Positions 26,750 to 39,934 of a DNA stretch of 64,000 nucleotides are shown here, piece by piece. How positions within the stretch are numbered: the first letter of the stretch is position 1; each line of letters starts with the position of its first letter. The position numbers and the translations under genes are program-made. The notes beneath the pieces were generated by a model, which had not been told where the DNA came from, did no database searches, and saw only the letters and a list, made by a program, of their open reading frames with translations. Source of the stretch: Camelus ferus (lineage: Eukaryota); assembly GCF_009834535.1 (NCBI RefSeq), contig NC_045707.1:55802001-55866000 (forward strand). The letters run 5' to 3'.

Positions 26750-27500
26750 CTAGAAAAGGGAACCCTACTACACTATTGGTGGAAATGGAGTTTGGTGCAG
26801 CCACTCTGGAAAACAGTATAGAGATTCCTTAAAAAACTAAAAATAGACTTAGCCTATGATCTAGCCATCCTATTCCTGGGCATTTATCCAGAGGAAACTC
26901 TAATTTGAAAACACATGCACCCCAATGTTCATAGCAGCACTGTTTACAATAGCCAAGACATGGAAACAACCTAAATGTCCAACGACTGACTGGATCAAGA
27001 AGTTGTAGTATATTTATATGATGGAATACTACTCAGCCATAAAAAGGAATAAAATAATACCATCTGTAGCAACATGGATAGACCCAGAGATCATCATTCT
27101 AACTGAAGTAAGCCAGAAAGAGAAAGAAAAATGACATATGATATCATTATTATTTAGATTATATGTGGAATCTAAAAAATTGATACAAATGAACTTATTT
27201 ACAAAATAGAAACAGACTCACAGACATAGGAAAAAAACTTGGTTACCAGGGGGGAAGGAGGTGGGAAGTGATAAATTGGGAGTTTGAGATTTGCAGATAC
27301 TAGCTACTATATATAAAATAGATAAACAAGTTTCTACTGTATAGCACAGGGGACTATATCCAGTATCTTGTAGTAACCTATACTGAAAAAAAGTGAAAAT
27401 GAATATATGTACGCATATGTAAGACTGAAACATTATCCTGTATACCAAAAACTGATACATTGTAAACTGACTATATTTCAAATAAAAATAAAAATAAAAA
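26750..27500 (+). mobile_element. young camelid-type L1, 5'-truncated (ORF2 end + 3' UTR + A tail)
   Basis: agaaaagggaaccctactacact...ggaatactactcagccataaaaagg...tgtaaactgactatatttcaaataaaa. Imperfect TSD aaaaattattctct / aaaagttattctgt, preceded by ttt (L1 endonuclease TT/AAAA site). Confidence 0.92.
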
Positions 27501-27554
27501 GTTATTCTGTGTTAAGAATACATAGGCAAATTGCTGCAAAGTAAATAATTTAGG

Positions 27555-27750
27555 ACTGGCTACACACCAAGCAGTATGCTAAGTGCTCTGTCTGTATTGT
27601 TTAATGCCCATAACAAACCCTTTGAGGTAGTTTTTATTACCTCCATTTACAGAGTGAGCAAATGAAGCTGAGGGAAGTCCACAACATACTCAAAATTTCA
27701 GAGCCAGGTGCAGGTGAAGCCTGGTTTAGTCCACCCATGCCATCTAATTC
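27555..27750 (-). mobile_element. MIR
   Basis: tgctaagtgct...tttaatgcccataacaaaccctttgaggtag...ccatttacagagtgagcaaatgaagctgaggga. Confidence 0.8.
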
Positions 27751-30454
27751 CAATATCACCCACCAGGGCTGGTGAAAATGGCATGATTCCACTGGGACTT
27801 CACTACACAGACTGCTCTTTCAAAACCAGTGACATCACTGAAGGATGTTATTTACAGCAACACCTAGTAAATAGATGAATTCTATGTGCTACACTACACG
27901 TGTCTCATTCAGGAAAGCGAAACCCCAAGTTTTTCTTGTGAAATGTCATGCAGGAAGTAGGTATCTTTTTTTTTTTAATTCCTGCCATACCATAAGTGGA
28001 ATACATCTTAGCCCTAAACATTTAAGAATTTGTGATGCTATTAAGGTATACAAAACATACATTCATGTTTAAGACTTCACTTTTTGACATATAGCATATA
28101 TAAGCTATAGCATGTGGGGTTGGATGGATATAGGTTCCTGAAAATATATTAAAAGAAAAACTTGATACATATTTGAAGGTGCTACACTATATCAAATTTA
28201 CACTGTATCAAGGATCATTTAGCATTACACACTGTGATTTTATGAAAACGTTTAGTTCGAAATAGGCTTCCAAAATCTGCAATGATGAATTTCCCCTTGA
28301 TTGTCAAGCTTTACTGATGGTGCGTATCATGTTTTGTTACCATTCCTGCCTTCACTGGGGATCCTGACTTGTTCTAAGACTACTGCCAACACTCAACTGG
28401 CAGAACTTTGGTTATTCCCAGAGCCTAGCACGTTCAAGCACACTTTAAGTGCTATAGCATGCATATATTTGAGGAGGTAATAAATTTCCATTAAAGCAGA
28501 GTTGAAAATTCAAACCAAGTTTTAAAAAGAATTGAGTCATATAATATCTTCATGCTATAGTTCCTTTTACATAAACAGCTTTACCATATCCAGTAACTTA
28601 GTTTAGCCATATGAGGAAGTGCTTGGAGCAGACTAATATTAAGGACTGAAAGATCAATTCTGAATTACTCAGTAAGACTTTATGCTGTAATAGTCTATTA
28701 ATAAAGCTTCATTTAACAGATTAACAACCTACAATCAATTTAGCATATTTCCAAGTAGGTTTTATTTTTTTTCAAGGAATTTGTTAAAGGAGAATATTAA
28801 TATTACTTTATTTATATGTAGAGGAATTTTAGATTTCTGTGTATTTAAACATTTTTGCACTGGACATGAAATCACAATAACCTTAATATACCAACTTTTC
28901 CTCAAATAGATCTCTAGACCATAATAAACAGAGTAGAAATAAAATCTGTTGTGATACATCCATTCTACTGTAACTCTCATTTAAAGAACAGAAATTCAGT
29001 AACAGCAAAACTTCACAAATAAACTGCCAGATAAGTAAGAACCTATTGTCCAAAGTACCTGGCCTTCCAAATCCTAAACCAACATTGCACTAAGTCATTT
29101 TGCTTGCTTCAGCTTATTAAAGGAAATAAAGTATCTTTAGGAGAAAATGAGAAGCATATTTACTGCAGTTGTATGAGTCAGCCCAGGGTAAAGTAACCAC
29201 TGCCTTTCAAGCAATACAGAATAGTATTCTGTTTGATATGTTCCTTGAAGTCCCTAAATATTCTCTGAAGACTCAACATGGTAAATGATTGAGTTCATGC
29301 CTTTTTAGGCATTGTTGTATGAGCTGTGGAAGATGCAAACTTTCAAGACAAATGACATAAACCACTCATGAAAAAAAAATTAAGACACAATTAAATGCTA
29401 AGTCTGCATCAGCTCCTTCTCTGAAAGGGCAGGAATCACATCCTTGGTTCTCATTATATCCCTGGTACCCATTTGAGAAACTGACATAAAATAGGCGCTC
29501 TGCTTCTTCAGCTTGAAAACCTATGTCATTTCACTTTTTGCCAATCAGGGCCCATAGGCCATGTGGGGTGGGATGGATATAGCTCTAATTTGCTGATAGC
29601 TATGTATAATAGCATACTTGTGGTTACAAAGAAGAGCACAACCAGTTGAAACAGATGAAAGCTGTGATTACAAAAATTTAAAAAATAGTATGGCTCTGTG
29701 GGAAAAGACAGTTAAACTTTCTTAAGAAAAAGGGAAAACCACCTTTGGTTTCAGGAATGATAGTGGAAAATGCACTGTATATTTAAGAAAAATAATTTGT
29801 CTTACAGGAAAACTAAATTAATATTGTATTAAGGATTTTTACTCATTTGTTTCCATAGCTTTTATTAGGATTCCCATATAAACAACCAGTGAAAATTACA
29901 AGTGGAGTCAGAAATAAATTGCAGTACAAGTATAGAGTCCATGGGGAAAATCTGGTCATCTTTCATGTGATTAAACAATTAGATAAGGATAGAGTAACTT
30001 AGAAAGGAGAATAAGAAAAAAAAAGTGATTGACAGCAGTAGCAGTGTTCTAAATCTATTCATTCTTGAACTTGTTGAGAATGGTCATATCACACTTGCAA
30101 AAACACAGCTTCTACATGTAATTTAAGAAATTTTTTTTTTAGTTATAAATTGTTGTAAGTACTATATATATACATTCATATGTATATTTACATATTCATG
30201 TATTTATATATTTATAAAAATTTTGGTAAAGCATTCTAACAAATCTTTTCACAATTGCTTCTCTTTAATGCAGCATTTCTAAGCTGAGGAAGTTACTTTT
30301 AAAATGAAACCAATTCGATGATGGACCATTTCAAACTCTCATCACAAGGTCTTTAACGGCAGCATGTTTGCGCTCTTTCAGTTACCACTCACTCTTCAAA
30401 AGGGCAAATGCGTCATAATACATCATAACACGTCACAATGTCATAAAGCTCTAT

Positions 30455-30471
30455 TTCTGGGAATGACGTCA
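30455..30471. promoter_or_regulatory. abutting STAT (GAS) and full CRE motifs
   Basis: TTCTGGGAA (30455-30463) is followed immediately by TGACGTCA (30464-30471). Function is untested. Confidence 0.35.
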
Positions 30472-30922
30472 GTAGAGATCTCACTTGAGAAAGCGACACA
30501 ACAAAAAATGGAGATGAAAACCGCAAAGGAATAGTGAGAGTTAGTCAAATATAAATGTCCTATTCCTAAGAAATTGAGTTCTCTACTATTTTTTGATGTA
30601 ACCACAATGCGGGATCAGGATAGCTGATAAAACTCGGAATACTGCACCACACTGGCCATTTGTTGGAACTTGGTATCTAAGGAAGTAACAGCTGATTTTA
30701 AGACAAAGAAAAAAATTTTGCAGCATACACGCTTTTTCGCCTCCTTAAAGATGTCATTATTTTCAGCTATTTTCTAGGGTTTGTTAGCAAAGACAATCTT
30801 ACAGCAATATACTGAAGCAAATTTTTCTTACGTGGATAAAGAGAAACTCTTAATTCTGACATTATCTAGGGACAAGAAGTTTAACACTGTAACAACTCAG
30901 TCTGGGGAAACAATGTCCGGGA

Positions 30923-31310
30923 TGACGCAGACTCTCTAAGACTAAAGGAGACAGATGCCCCTGAGCCCCCTCTTTGACTAAGCCTCATCCTTGGGCCTTT
31001 TCTTAGGCTCAAGCTGTAGTAAGAAGTCTACTAAGTCAACTGAGTTAGACTTGCCCCATTCCTGGTATCTGATCACACTGGCTGGGGCCTTCGGCTAGAC
31101 TTCTGTTAAGTTGCTTATCAAGAATCTCCCTGCCCTTGATGTCCCTTAGTAATTCTCAGTCCACTGACCATCCCCAGCTGCCCCTGCCGTATCCCAGGTT
31201 GAACCTTGTCTCTCTCCCCTACTTCCACAGTCTTGACACCACAATAGTCCTGAATAAAGTCTTCCTTACTATTTTTATAAGCATCAGAATATATTTTTTT
31301 TCCTTTAACA
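30923..31310 (+). mobile_element. ERV1 solo LTR, MER31-like
   Basis: Starts tgacgcagactctct, contains ctgagccccctct, gtatctgatcac and aagaatctccctgcccttgatgtc, then aataaagtcttcctt, and ends ctttaaca. Confidence 0.8.
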
Positions 31311-31820
31311 AAGACACAGCACGTTCAAGAATAAAGTCATCTACCAATCTTTGAATTTTTCAGGATCTGCCCAACTTTTACTTGTCTTGAGGGTAAAGTA
31401 TAAAATAATTTTTATCTGTAGATGTGAGAGTACAGATAGATAACAAGGAATTAGGAGCAGAGGAAACAAAAACAGGAGCGGAATGTTACAGAACAATCCA
31501 AAGAGGGAGGGGGTGAAGATTCAGACACAATTTTTGTGTCAGGCAGCATTTTTGTCAATGTTTCCATGCATATTTAGAGAAACACGACCCCATATGGCCA
31601 ATCAAGGATCAGAAACATAAATGTCTCAAAGGTTAAGGGAAATGGGGGAGGACAGCTGTGGAAATAACCAAAGGGGATTATGAGGAATGTGGTGTTTGGG
31701 GGTAGTGGGGAGGTCACATCCTTGTGGTGGTGGCAGCTACTGGTCCACCCAGGTTGATACTCCCAGGTATGAATGTGGGCTAATGTGGTTAGATCAGCTG
31801 AGTTAAAACAAAAATAAAAA

Positions 31821-31855
31821 CAAAACAAAACAAAACAAAACAAAACAAAACAAAA
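31821..31855 (+). repeat. (CAAAA)7 microsatellite
   Basis: Read directly from the sequence. Confidence 0.95.
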
Positions 31856-34049
31856 CAGAAAAACCCCCAAAACTCAGGAATTCAGTGTCTCTGGAGGAGA
31901 AGGGACTAAATGAAATTTTAGTGTGTGGTCCCACAATTCAAACAATTATAGCCATAAATCTATGCAAAAGATACCCCCACAAAGAAATGTGAGTAAAAAC
32001 AAACATGCTTGGATTTAGGGAACATAATTAAGTGGAATTTCCCAAAGGTTTTGATGTTCCTCAACCCCAAAGTACTCAAGCTGATTTACTTTATAGCCAA
32101 GAGCCACGAGTTCCTGCCCAGGCCTGACATCCCCCTCACCGCCCCCCCCCCCTTTCTGGTTGTGAATCTAAAATACACACACAACGCATACACACACTTT
32201 CAAAAAGTGGTGCTCAGAAATGACTGCATGTGGACTATGATGAATAACAATACACGGAGGATGGGAAAATGTAAAGTCAGCTTCGTTCAGCCCAGATATC
32301 TGACCCCAGTCTAGGCGACAACAAGCCCACACCAACAGTCAGTAAACAAGTGGGTTGTACGAACCATCTGTGTCTCCTAAGCCCAAAGAGCTATTATACA
32401 AGATGATAAACAAAAGAAAAACAGTAACCACTTCAGAAATACATTTTTTTCCCCTGGTTTATCTAACATTTTGGAAAGAGAAGTGTACTATAAAGCAACG
32501 ACAACTTAGGCAGGACAGAAAAGAACGCACCAAAAACTCAACTTTGTAACTTGTCAGAAGAAAAGCAACATCTAAATAATTTGGAAATAGGATCTACAGG
32601 AGAAAGGGGCTTGAAGGGGTGTGATGGGACTGAAACTGATCTTGGCATAAGTGAAGTTCTCAGGGAAGTGAGCATCTGTTTTGCTGAAATTAGATGAGAA
32701 GAATTAGACATTTGATTTCTACTGCTGGGTTCATAAATATACATAATAACAATGAGATGAAGCCTGTTCATGAACTGAAGTAGAATTAGGGTTTGCTGAC
32801 TTAATCTGGGTATGTGTGAATAAATACTAGTCTATTTCAATGACATCTCTGGCTCCATTTAGTAATAAAAGCAGGTAAAAGGTAGGGGAAGCTGAAGACG
32901 ATTTCTCCCTCATGGAACCCTATTTATTCTGGGTTTGCCAACTTACTCCATTTTCTGACTGTAAAACAGATAGAAATATTTGAAACTGAAGTGCCTAGTG
33001 AGAGTGGGAAATCTATTTGCACTATGAAACACATTTTCCTCATAAAGTCAATCTGATGATTCTGGGATCCGTATATTACTAATGCCTGAAAGTCAAGAGG
33101 CACACGGTATGTAATTTTCCCACATCACAGAAGCTTGTGGAAAGTTTTGGAAGAGGCCATATGGTTTTTCCTCCATTTACAAGCAGAAATGTGGTTTAAC
33201 TGCTTCTCAGACAAATTATTATTAATGCTGTCATTTCCACTCCCCCAACGAAACAGCAGTCTCAGTAATACCCCCTCTGCCCCAAATCCCTTATATGGCC
33301 AAATCTGAATCTGTTTAAGTTAATTTCATGCTTTCTTATTCTAATTAGGGTTGAGGAATATCTTTGTCATCAGAAGACAACTATAACTCAGAGTATTTTC
33401 TATCTCTTCTATCAGAAGGTAATTCTTAACCTTTTCCCCCAGATCCTAATCTTAGTGGTTATTTCTACAGCAGAGCCATCTCTCCCGATCCCATTCCACT
33501 ACCATATTTACCATAAAAAAGGGCAGTCCAAATTGAAAGTAGTGTACTATAGAATCCACGTACTAGCTCGTAACACAGTTTCACTCTTACGGTAAGCTCA
33601 TTTCTTTGAATCTCATATTTCTCATTTGATCTTTTGACATATAATCATTGCTAAAGAGCTCAAATAGCATCAGCTTTGGTTTCATAATAATGCTCTGATA
33701 TAATTTGTGTCCTAAGTGCCTGGGAGAGGTATAATGCATGCGTGTAATTTTCTATTGTATAATCTGATCCTTGGAACACATTCCCCTTGAATTCATATGT
33801 CATGAATGCACATTGGAAAACATTTATGAAATAGTATACATAATAGAGATATAAAAGGTGAAGCCAACATCTAGCATAAAAGTCAGAGAGCTGAATCAAA
33901 ATTAGAAGTAATCTACTGGTGGTTTGAAATTTCTAACCTCATATTTAAACACACACATACACACACCCTTTAACACCTGTCTTTAGTATTAAATAAATAC
34001 ATACTTAATATCTCTTTGGTATGGCCCTCTTTCATTTCCACTTACTTAC

Positions 34050-35418
34050 AGAAGAAGTTTATACTCTCTGCTTCCCATTCTCTGTTTCCTCAACGCCTTA
34101 AAACCTCCTGCCCATGTCATTTGCATGAAACTGAACTCGTGAAGGTGGTCCGTGTCACCTTATCCTCCAAAATCAAATGGCTTTCTCAGCCCTCTTTTTC
34201 TTTACTGTTTAGGAGCAATGGAAACTGCTCACCAGTGATGATTTCTATATCCTGCTGTTGCCTTATGTCTTCTGTGCCCCATATTCCAAATGCAGAGATG
34301 CTCAGGGGTGTGAAACTGGCTCTCTTCTCTCTTGGACATTCTCTCCTTTGATCATCTTATTCACGGCTTTGAGGCTATCTCCTTCCTGCAAATGAATCTC
34401 ACTTCTCTGTCCCTAAAGATGGCCTTTCCCCTATCGCCCACTTGATAGGAATGTACCACAGAAAATTAGAACATCCTCCCTCTCACTTAGAATCTGCTTG
34501 GTCCAAACTTAACACATTCCTCTTAAAACAAACACAGTCTTTTGTCCTATTTTTGTGCAGGATATTTTCCCCCCAACGCTTAGTGGGCCAATAAATTTTC
34601 TTATTCATATCCTACAAATAATCTGCATATTTCCCCTGCATGTTCTTTTCCATTCTGCTGTGTTTCTGTACTTTAGGATCTATTATGCCTTCTGTCTACA
34701 CTATTATAATGACCTTTTATTTGGTTTTCCCAAAGCTGCATCTCCCATCTCTACTTTCTCAAATGCAATACACATTCTTCATTACATCATATAAATGGCC
34801 ATCCTAAATTCCCACTTTCAATACATCATCCTGCTTAACTTAATCCTAGATTACAAACTCCTCATTCTTAGCGTGGTAGTCAATGCCTTTTATCTGATTT
34901 TCTATTATTTGGCAGTTCTATTGCCCCTACCTTTTCTCTCTGCCTCGACTCCCCTCACTGGCAGTGTTAACCACATACGCTTACTGATTTCTGAGGCCAT
35001 GTCCTCGTTCAGTCACATGCCTCTACCTGCCAGAATTCTCTCCTTTCTTCTCCTCCTGTTAAGATCTTCACCTATAAACATCCAATCATTTCAAGATTCT
35101 CTAAGTTTGCCAACTCTGACTCAACGTCTTCTAGGATCAATCCAGCTGAAAGTAATTTTTTCTCTCCTGTGTCCTTTTCCAACCCCTAGCTTACATCACT
35201 CACAGAGTACTTTCGTAGCATCATTTACCACCCGAAGCGTGAGGATTTGGATCTGTGTGTCCTCTCCTCTCCTCTCCTCTCTCCCCACATTAGATAGCAC
35301 ATTTCTCAAGGTCAGGGTTAATTTTTCATACCTTTGAAATCCTACTGCACTTGGCATAGAGCTTTACACAATGTTGGAACTTGATTAAAAAAAAAAAGAA
35401 GAAGAAGTTGAATGAATT
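34050..35418 (+). mobile_element. decayed L2 LINE
   Basis: RT-region remnant HETELVKV in ORF 34016..34351, a pyrimidine-rich body, and the 3' terminus ...gcacttggcataga...gttgaatgaat. Confidence 0.75.
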
Positions 35419-36470
35419 CAGACCTAAAACAACTATAGGTAGAAAAATACAAATTCTAGAGACCTGATCATTAGGAAATACCCTCTTCCAACTCTAGAGT
35501 TTATTAAAAGCCAAGTAGAAGTAAGTGACTTTGTACTATGCAAATTCCCCAACCTTCTCATTTTTAAAAAAAATTAAAAATTCATAAATTAATGCAGAAA
35601 TTGGTTTACTTCCCACAGGAGGAACAAAACAGTTTCCTTTTAATGTTCCTTCCAGTCCTCAAGAGTCAGCAGTTTTTGATGTGTGTAAGTAGGAGAGAAG
35701 ACACAGAAAAGTATTGCCTTTTTAAAGTAACTGCCACAGAAAGATCGATTTTATTTATAAAAATGGCAAACTGAAAGTGTGCAAACTTAAAATGGCAATT
35801 TTAGGAAAGAGCTTTCCCACTAGAAAAATGTTTTAATATGAGGTTTAATTTTAGAGCAATCACCCTCGACAAACAAATAAAAATTTTTCTGGTGTCATTT
35901 CTGTAATAAATATATTTCTCTAAATGTGTACTTCAGTAAATGGCAATGTATTAAATATCCCTGATGAAGAGACAATGTCAGAATCTAAAAGTTAAAATTA
36001 CATGTGCATGCTAATTTAGATTTGTCATTATTTTAGCATTTGGTCACCAGAATTCTTTGTATATGAAATAATCCAAAAAGTCAATTAATAATTTTAAAGT
36101 AAGTTGTACAGAAAAATAAGGCTTTTGTAGAATAGAAAAAATAAAGCAATTCATCATGGGACATATTGAAGAAGTGGAATAGGTATTTTACTAAGAAAGA
36201 AATCCATCCTACAGGTAATCAATAATCTTCTTAATATGATGATAATAAGTGCTCATGCACAAGAGTTGCAATCACTAATTGTCCTTTGCATAGTCATGAC
36301 CTGACATGAGCAAGGCTGAAACATCCACAGAGTCCTCATACAGAGCTGCTGATTATTGTAGTTGAAACTAAACAATAGAAGAAAATGCTCTATGAAAAAT
36401 AAGGGTAAAATTAGATTATAGTGTAGACAAGGAAAATAGAAAAGCTAGTGAAACTAAAAGAGGGAATAAT

Positions 36471-36558
36471 GGGGGGAGGGTATAGCTCAGTGGTAGAGCA
36501 AACGCGTAGCACGCACGAGGTCCTGGGTTTAGTCCTCAGTACCTCCATTAAAAAAAAA
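36471..36558 (+). mobile_element. tRNA-derived camelid SINE (Vic-1 type)
   Basis: ggggagggtatagctcagtggtagagc...gcacgaggtcctgggtttagtcctcagtacctcc plus A tail; A box intact, B box degenerate; TSD-like flanks. Confidence 0.9.
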
Positions 36559-36563
36559 GTGGA

Positions 36564-36965
36564 ATAAGTTTGTTTTCTATGTCTGTGAGTCTGTTTCTGT
36601 TTTGCAAATGAGTTCATTTGTGTCTTTTTTTTTTTTTTTAGATTCTGCATAAAAGTGATATCATATGGTATTTTTCTTTCTCTTTCTGGCTTACTTCACT
36701 TAGAATGATGATCTTTAGGTCCAAGGAGAAAATGGGAGTTCAAGATTTGCAGATACTAATTGCTAAATATAAAATAGATTTTATACAACTTTCTACTGTA
36801 TAGCACAGGGAACTATACTCACTCTTATTGTGATCTACAATGAAAAAGAATGTGAAAAGGAATACACGTATGTATATGGATGACTGAAACGTTATGCTGT
36901 GCACCAGAAATTGACACAACATTGTAAACTGACTATACTTTAATAAAAAAAAGTGGGCAAAAAAA
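36564..36965 (+). mobile_element. 5'-inverted (twin-primed) young L1
   Basis: 36564-36723 is antisense and about 36724-36952 is sense relative to adjacent parts of the L1 copy at 27075-27500; A tail and TSD are present. Confidence 0.9.
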
Positions 36966-38019
36966 AGGGAATAAGAGTTGAGGTCTGTTTACTATGTTCT
37001 CATATAAACAGGTAACTCAAATATATTAAAGTACAGAAATAACATAGAATCTTTTTATGACAAAAGGAATAAACAGCTATAAACAAGATAAATGTCAGAT
37101 GGATGCTTTAATTTAGATCACATGCTAACTGCTAATAAATCATTACTTGGGGCTGTTGTTTAAATCAATCTCTTCATTTCAGAATAGAAACCTATACTAT
37201 TGTCAAGGTTTCTATTTTATCAGTGACAACTTGGTGGCATCTTACTTTCCTACATTTTGTACAGACACCCAAACACAATTCATAAAACAGATTAGGGGGA
37301 GACCACATCTGTTGCTCCAGCAACTGTAATATCAGTTATCTATTGTTAAATATAAACTTCCTATTCTATCCAAATCTACAAAATATTTAATTCATTCCTG
37401 CCAGATAAGGAAAATATTATTTAAATAAATGCATTTTTCCAAAGCAATCTGCAGCATGTTTATAACGAAAGTTTTTTAAGGTTTCAGAAAAAGTGGCTTC
37501 AAGTGGGAGATTAAATATTGATTTTATGATTTGGCCAGTCATTTAAAATACATAATCTCATAAGTCAGGCTTACATCTTCTAGTGCTTCATTGTCTTTTT
37601 CATTTTGTAGGTAAGGTCAGAGAGTTCAGACAGCCCTTCTCTGGCTAATCCACTACAACTCGCTGAAGAAAACCATCTGATCGATGACTTAACAAAAATA
37701 AAAGTGACAGTCAAGCTACTCAACAAATAAAGGTTGAACTTATCATTCAGAGTATGTGTGTGTGTATAAGAAGTATTATATCATTGTATTAATCAATGTG
37801 AAGGGAAAACAGAAGGGAAAGGAGGGAGGGCGGGAGAAAGGAAAGAAGGAAGGAAGAAAAAGGAGGAAGGAAAGAAAGACAGTAAGAAAGACAAAAAAAC
37901 TCTGGGTCCTGTCTTTAATGAATTTATATTAGTAAGTTAAAGGTCTAAAATCCAACCCTTTTCTTAGAAATGCTACATAAAGATGCCCAAACTCGGGGGT
38001 TTACAAAGCCGTGCCTCTA

Positions 38020-38258
38020 GGGTACCTTCCCCTGCCTGTCCTAATTCCCTGTTTCTGCTCCATTTTTCTCCAGCGCACTTACCACAGTAAGACATACTAT
38101 AGACTTCACTTATCTGCTCTGCTCAGTCTCCTCGCCATTAGATTATAAGATCCTAAGGGGCAGAGACACCTGCCAGTTGTGTTCACTGCTGGGTATCCAG
38201 TATCTAGTGTCTGGCACTTAACAGGAGCTCACTAAATATTTTATGAATAAATAAATGA
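38020..38258 (+). mobile_element. L2 3' end
   Basis: gttcactgctgggtatccag...gtctggcacttaacaggagctcactaaatattttatgaataaataaatga. Confidence 0.85.
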
Positions 38259-38361
38259 GAGGACCATTATTGTTTCGGTTTCCTAGACTTCTGGCTTACA
38301 TTTTCTTTCTAAGATATAACTGCATTTTTACCATCAAATTTTCTCTTATGCACACCAGCAG

Positions 38362-38560
38362 CCTGGGTTACAATGTGATTCTACTTTCTAGCTGTGGTAC
38401 TGGGTGAGTTGTTAATTTCTCTGAACTTCAGCAGAATGGGGATCACAGAAGTATCTGTGGGTTGTTGGAGAAATGAATGAGAGAAGTCACATGAAGTACT
38501 CAGCACAATGTTCAACACATAAGTGTTTAACAAATTTTAGTGGTTATTGTTCTTACTATT
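38362..38560 (+). mobile_element. MIR
   Basis: ctagctgtggtactgggtgagttgttaatttctctgaacttcag...ctcagcacaatgttcaacacataagtgtttaacaaat. Confidence 0.8.
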
Positions 38561-39697
38561 ATAACTAGTAAATTGTCCTCTTCTGTTGCAAACAGCTTAT
38601 TGATTCTTAAAGCACTTCATAATTAATGAAAGTGGGGACATTTAGATTCAGGACTAAGGTTTACATGATTGAGTCTCCTGAAAAAAAGTTAACTTCCTAT
38701 ACGGGTTGCTTTCAGGAAAGATTAATCCTTCTCTTGTGCTCCCACAGGACTGTCTATACCTCTGTGTACGAACCGCCACATTGTATTTCAATTAGTTGAT
38801 TATGTTCAGTCTTCTCTGCTACACTGTGTGGTCTTTTAGGGTATAAAATTTCTGTATCCTATCACAAAGCAGGCATTCTATAGATGTTTGCCCAAAGAAT
38901 GAGTTACCGTAAAGATGAGACTGATTCTATTATTTGTAGTTGCATCACATGTACACTTTCATTACTGTTTGAAAATCACATTTCTCAACAGACAGTATAG
39001 ATCTAGAGAGCAGGGCAGAGGTTTTAGAGTCGGAGAGTGATGCAGGGCAGCGTGTGTGAGGATAAAAGCAATGCCCTGGAAATTCAGTGATGGACTGTGA
39101 ATAAAGAAGGGCTTAGAAGACCCATATAAAACCAGTTCTTATTTTCTCATAAATGGTTACTCTATTTCAATAGTAATGATCTCATTTATATCCATCTTAC
39201 TTTATGAAAGTGTGACTACCCAGGGAAAAGTTCTAATAAAAACATACTTGATCAAGTTGAAAAGCACAGTTATTAGAAATGAAGACTGGGGAAATGGAAA
39301 GAAACCCCCAGCTTCAGGTTTGACTCTATGTAAGAATCAAAAAAAATTTGAAATGTGAGGAAGTCCACAGGTATGTAACATCACAGCAAAAATACTTTCG
39401 AAGAACTCATTTTAAAAGTCATCCAGATGCAAAATACTGAATAATGCTAAAATCTGTATTCAAATGTTGAAAATTTACAGTGCTTCACACAGGATAGTAA
39501 ACAGCAATTTGTACCTCTGGAAAAAGAAAGACACTGGAGATGGGCAGATTTTACCGTTGCATCAGCCATTTAGCGCGTATTCAAAATAAAAGATCAGAGA
39601 GAAAAATCCCCAGGATCATAAGGCTTCTATGCCTCAAACTCTCACCTGCTGTGAGTCTATCCCTCTGAGTCATGCTTCTCATTAGGAAGGTACTTAC

Positions 39698-39761
39698 ATT
39701 AGGCCTCAGCCTGGCCGCCAGATCATAATACTTCTCAGCTGCTTCGTTGAGGCTAGCCTGT
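39698..39761 (-). CDS. TMTC2: TMTC2 internal coding exon (probably the penultimate exon, 11 of 12), 64 nt
   Basis: Minus strand (T)15 aacag|A CAG GCT AGC CTC AAC ... AGG CCT AAT|gtaagt translates (R)QASLNEAAEKYYDLAARLRPN. The phase matches the upstream exon (AG+A = Arg), and the peptide also appears in ORF 39581..39790. Confidence 0.95.
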
Positions 39762-39934
39762 CTGTTAAAAAAAAAAAAAAAGGCAATCAAATTATATCAT
39801 TTATTTTAAAATTACAGATAGGTGAACAGAATCATTATGCAGCAAAATCATATTAACTTTAAAAAATTATAATCATGCCAATCAAATAATATGTTGACTA
39901 AGCAGTAAAAGGTCATTAAAAGTTGAATGCACAC

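Larger units (their letters stand above)
1..39697 (-). other. TMTC2: TMTC2 large intron (likely the last), continuing beyond the window start
   Basis: Donor gtaagt at 39697. I could not find the expected next exon (YPAALMNLGAILHLNG...) by eye in 1-39697. Confidence 0.75.

Noticed and set aside
34795..35337. Longest ORF in the track (180 aa)
   Set aside because: Leu/Ser/Pro-rich translation of a pyrimidine-rich decayed L2, with no recognisable domain.
36471..36548. tRNA gene-like sequence (also 52315-52387)
   Set aside because: TSDs, an A tail or degenerate stems, and shared SINE-specific ends indicate SINE copies rather than functional tRNAs.
39581..39790. 69-aa ORF as a standalone gene
   Set aside because: Only 39698-39761 is exon; the rest is read-through of the polypyrimidine tract and downstream intron.
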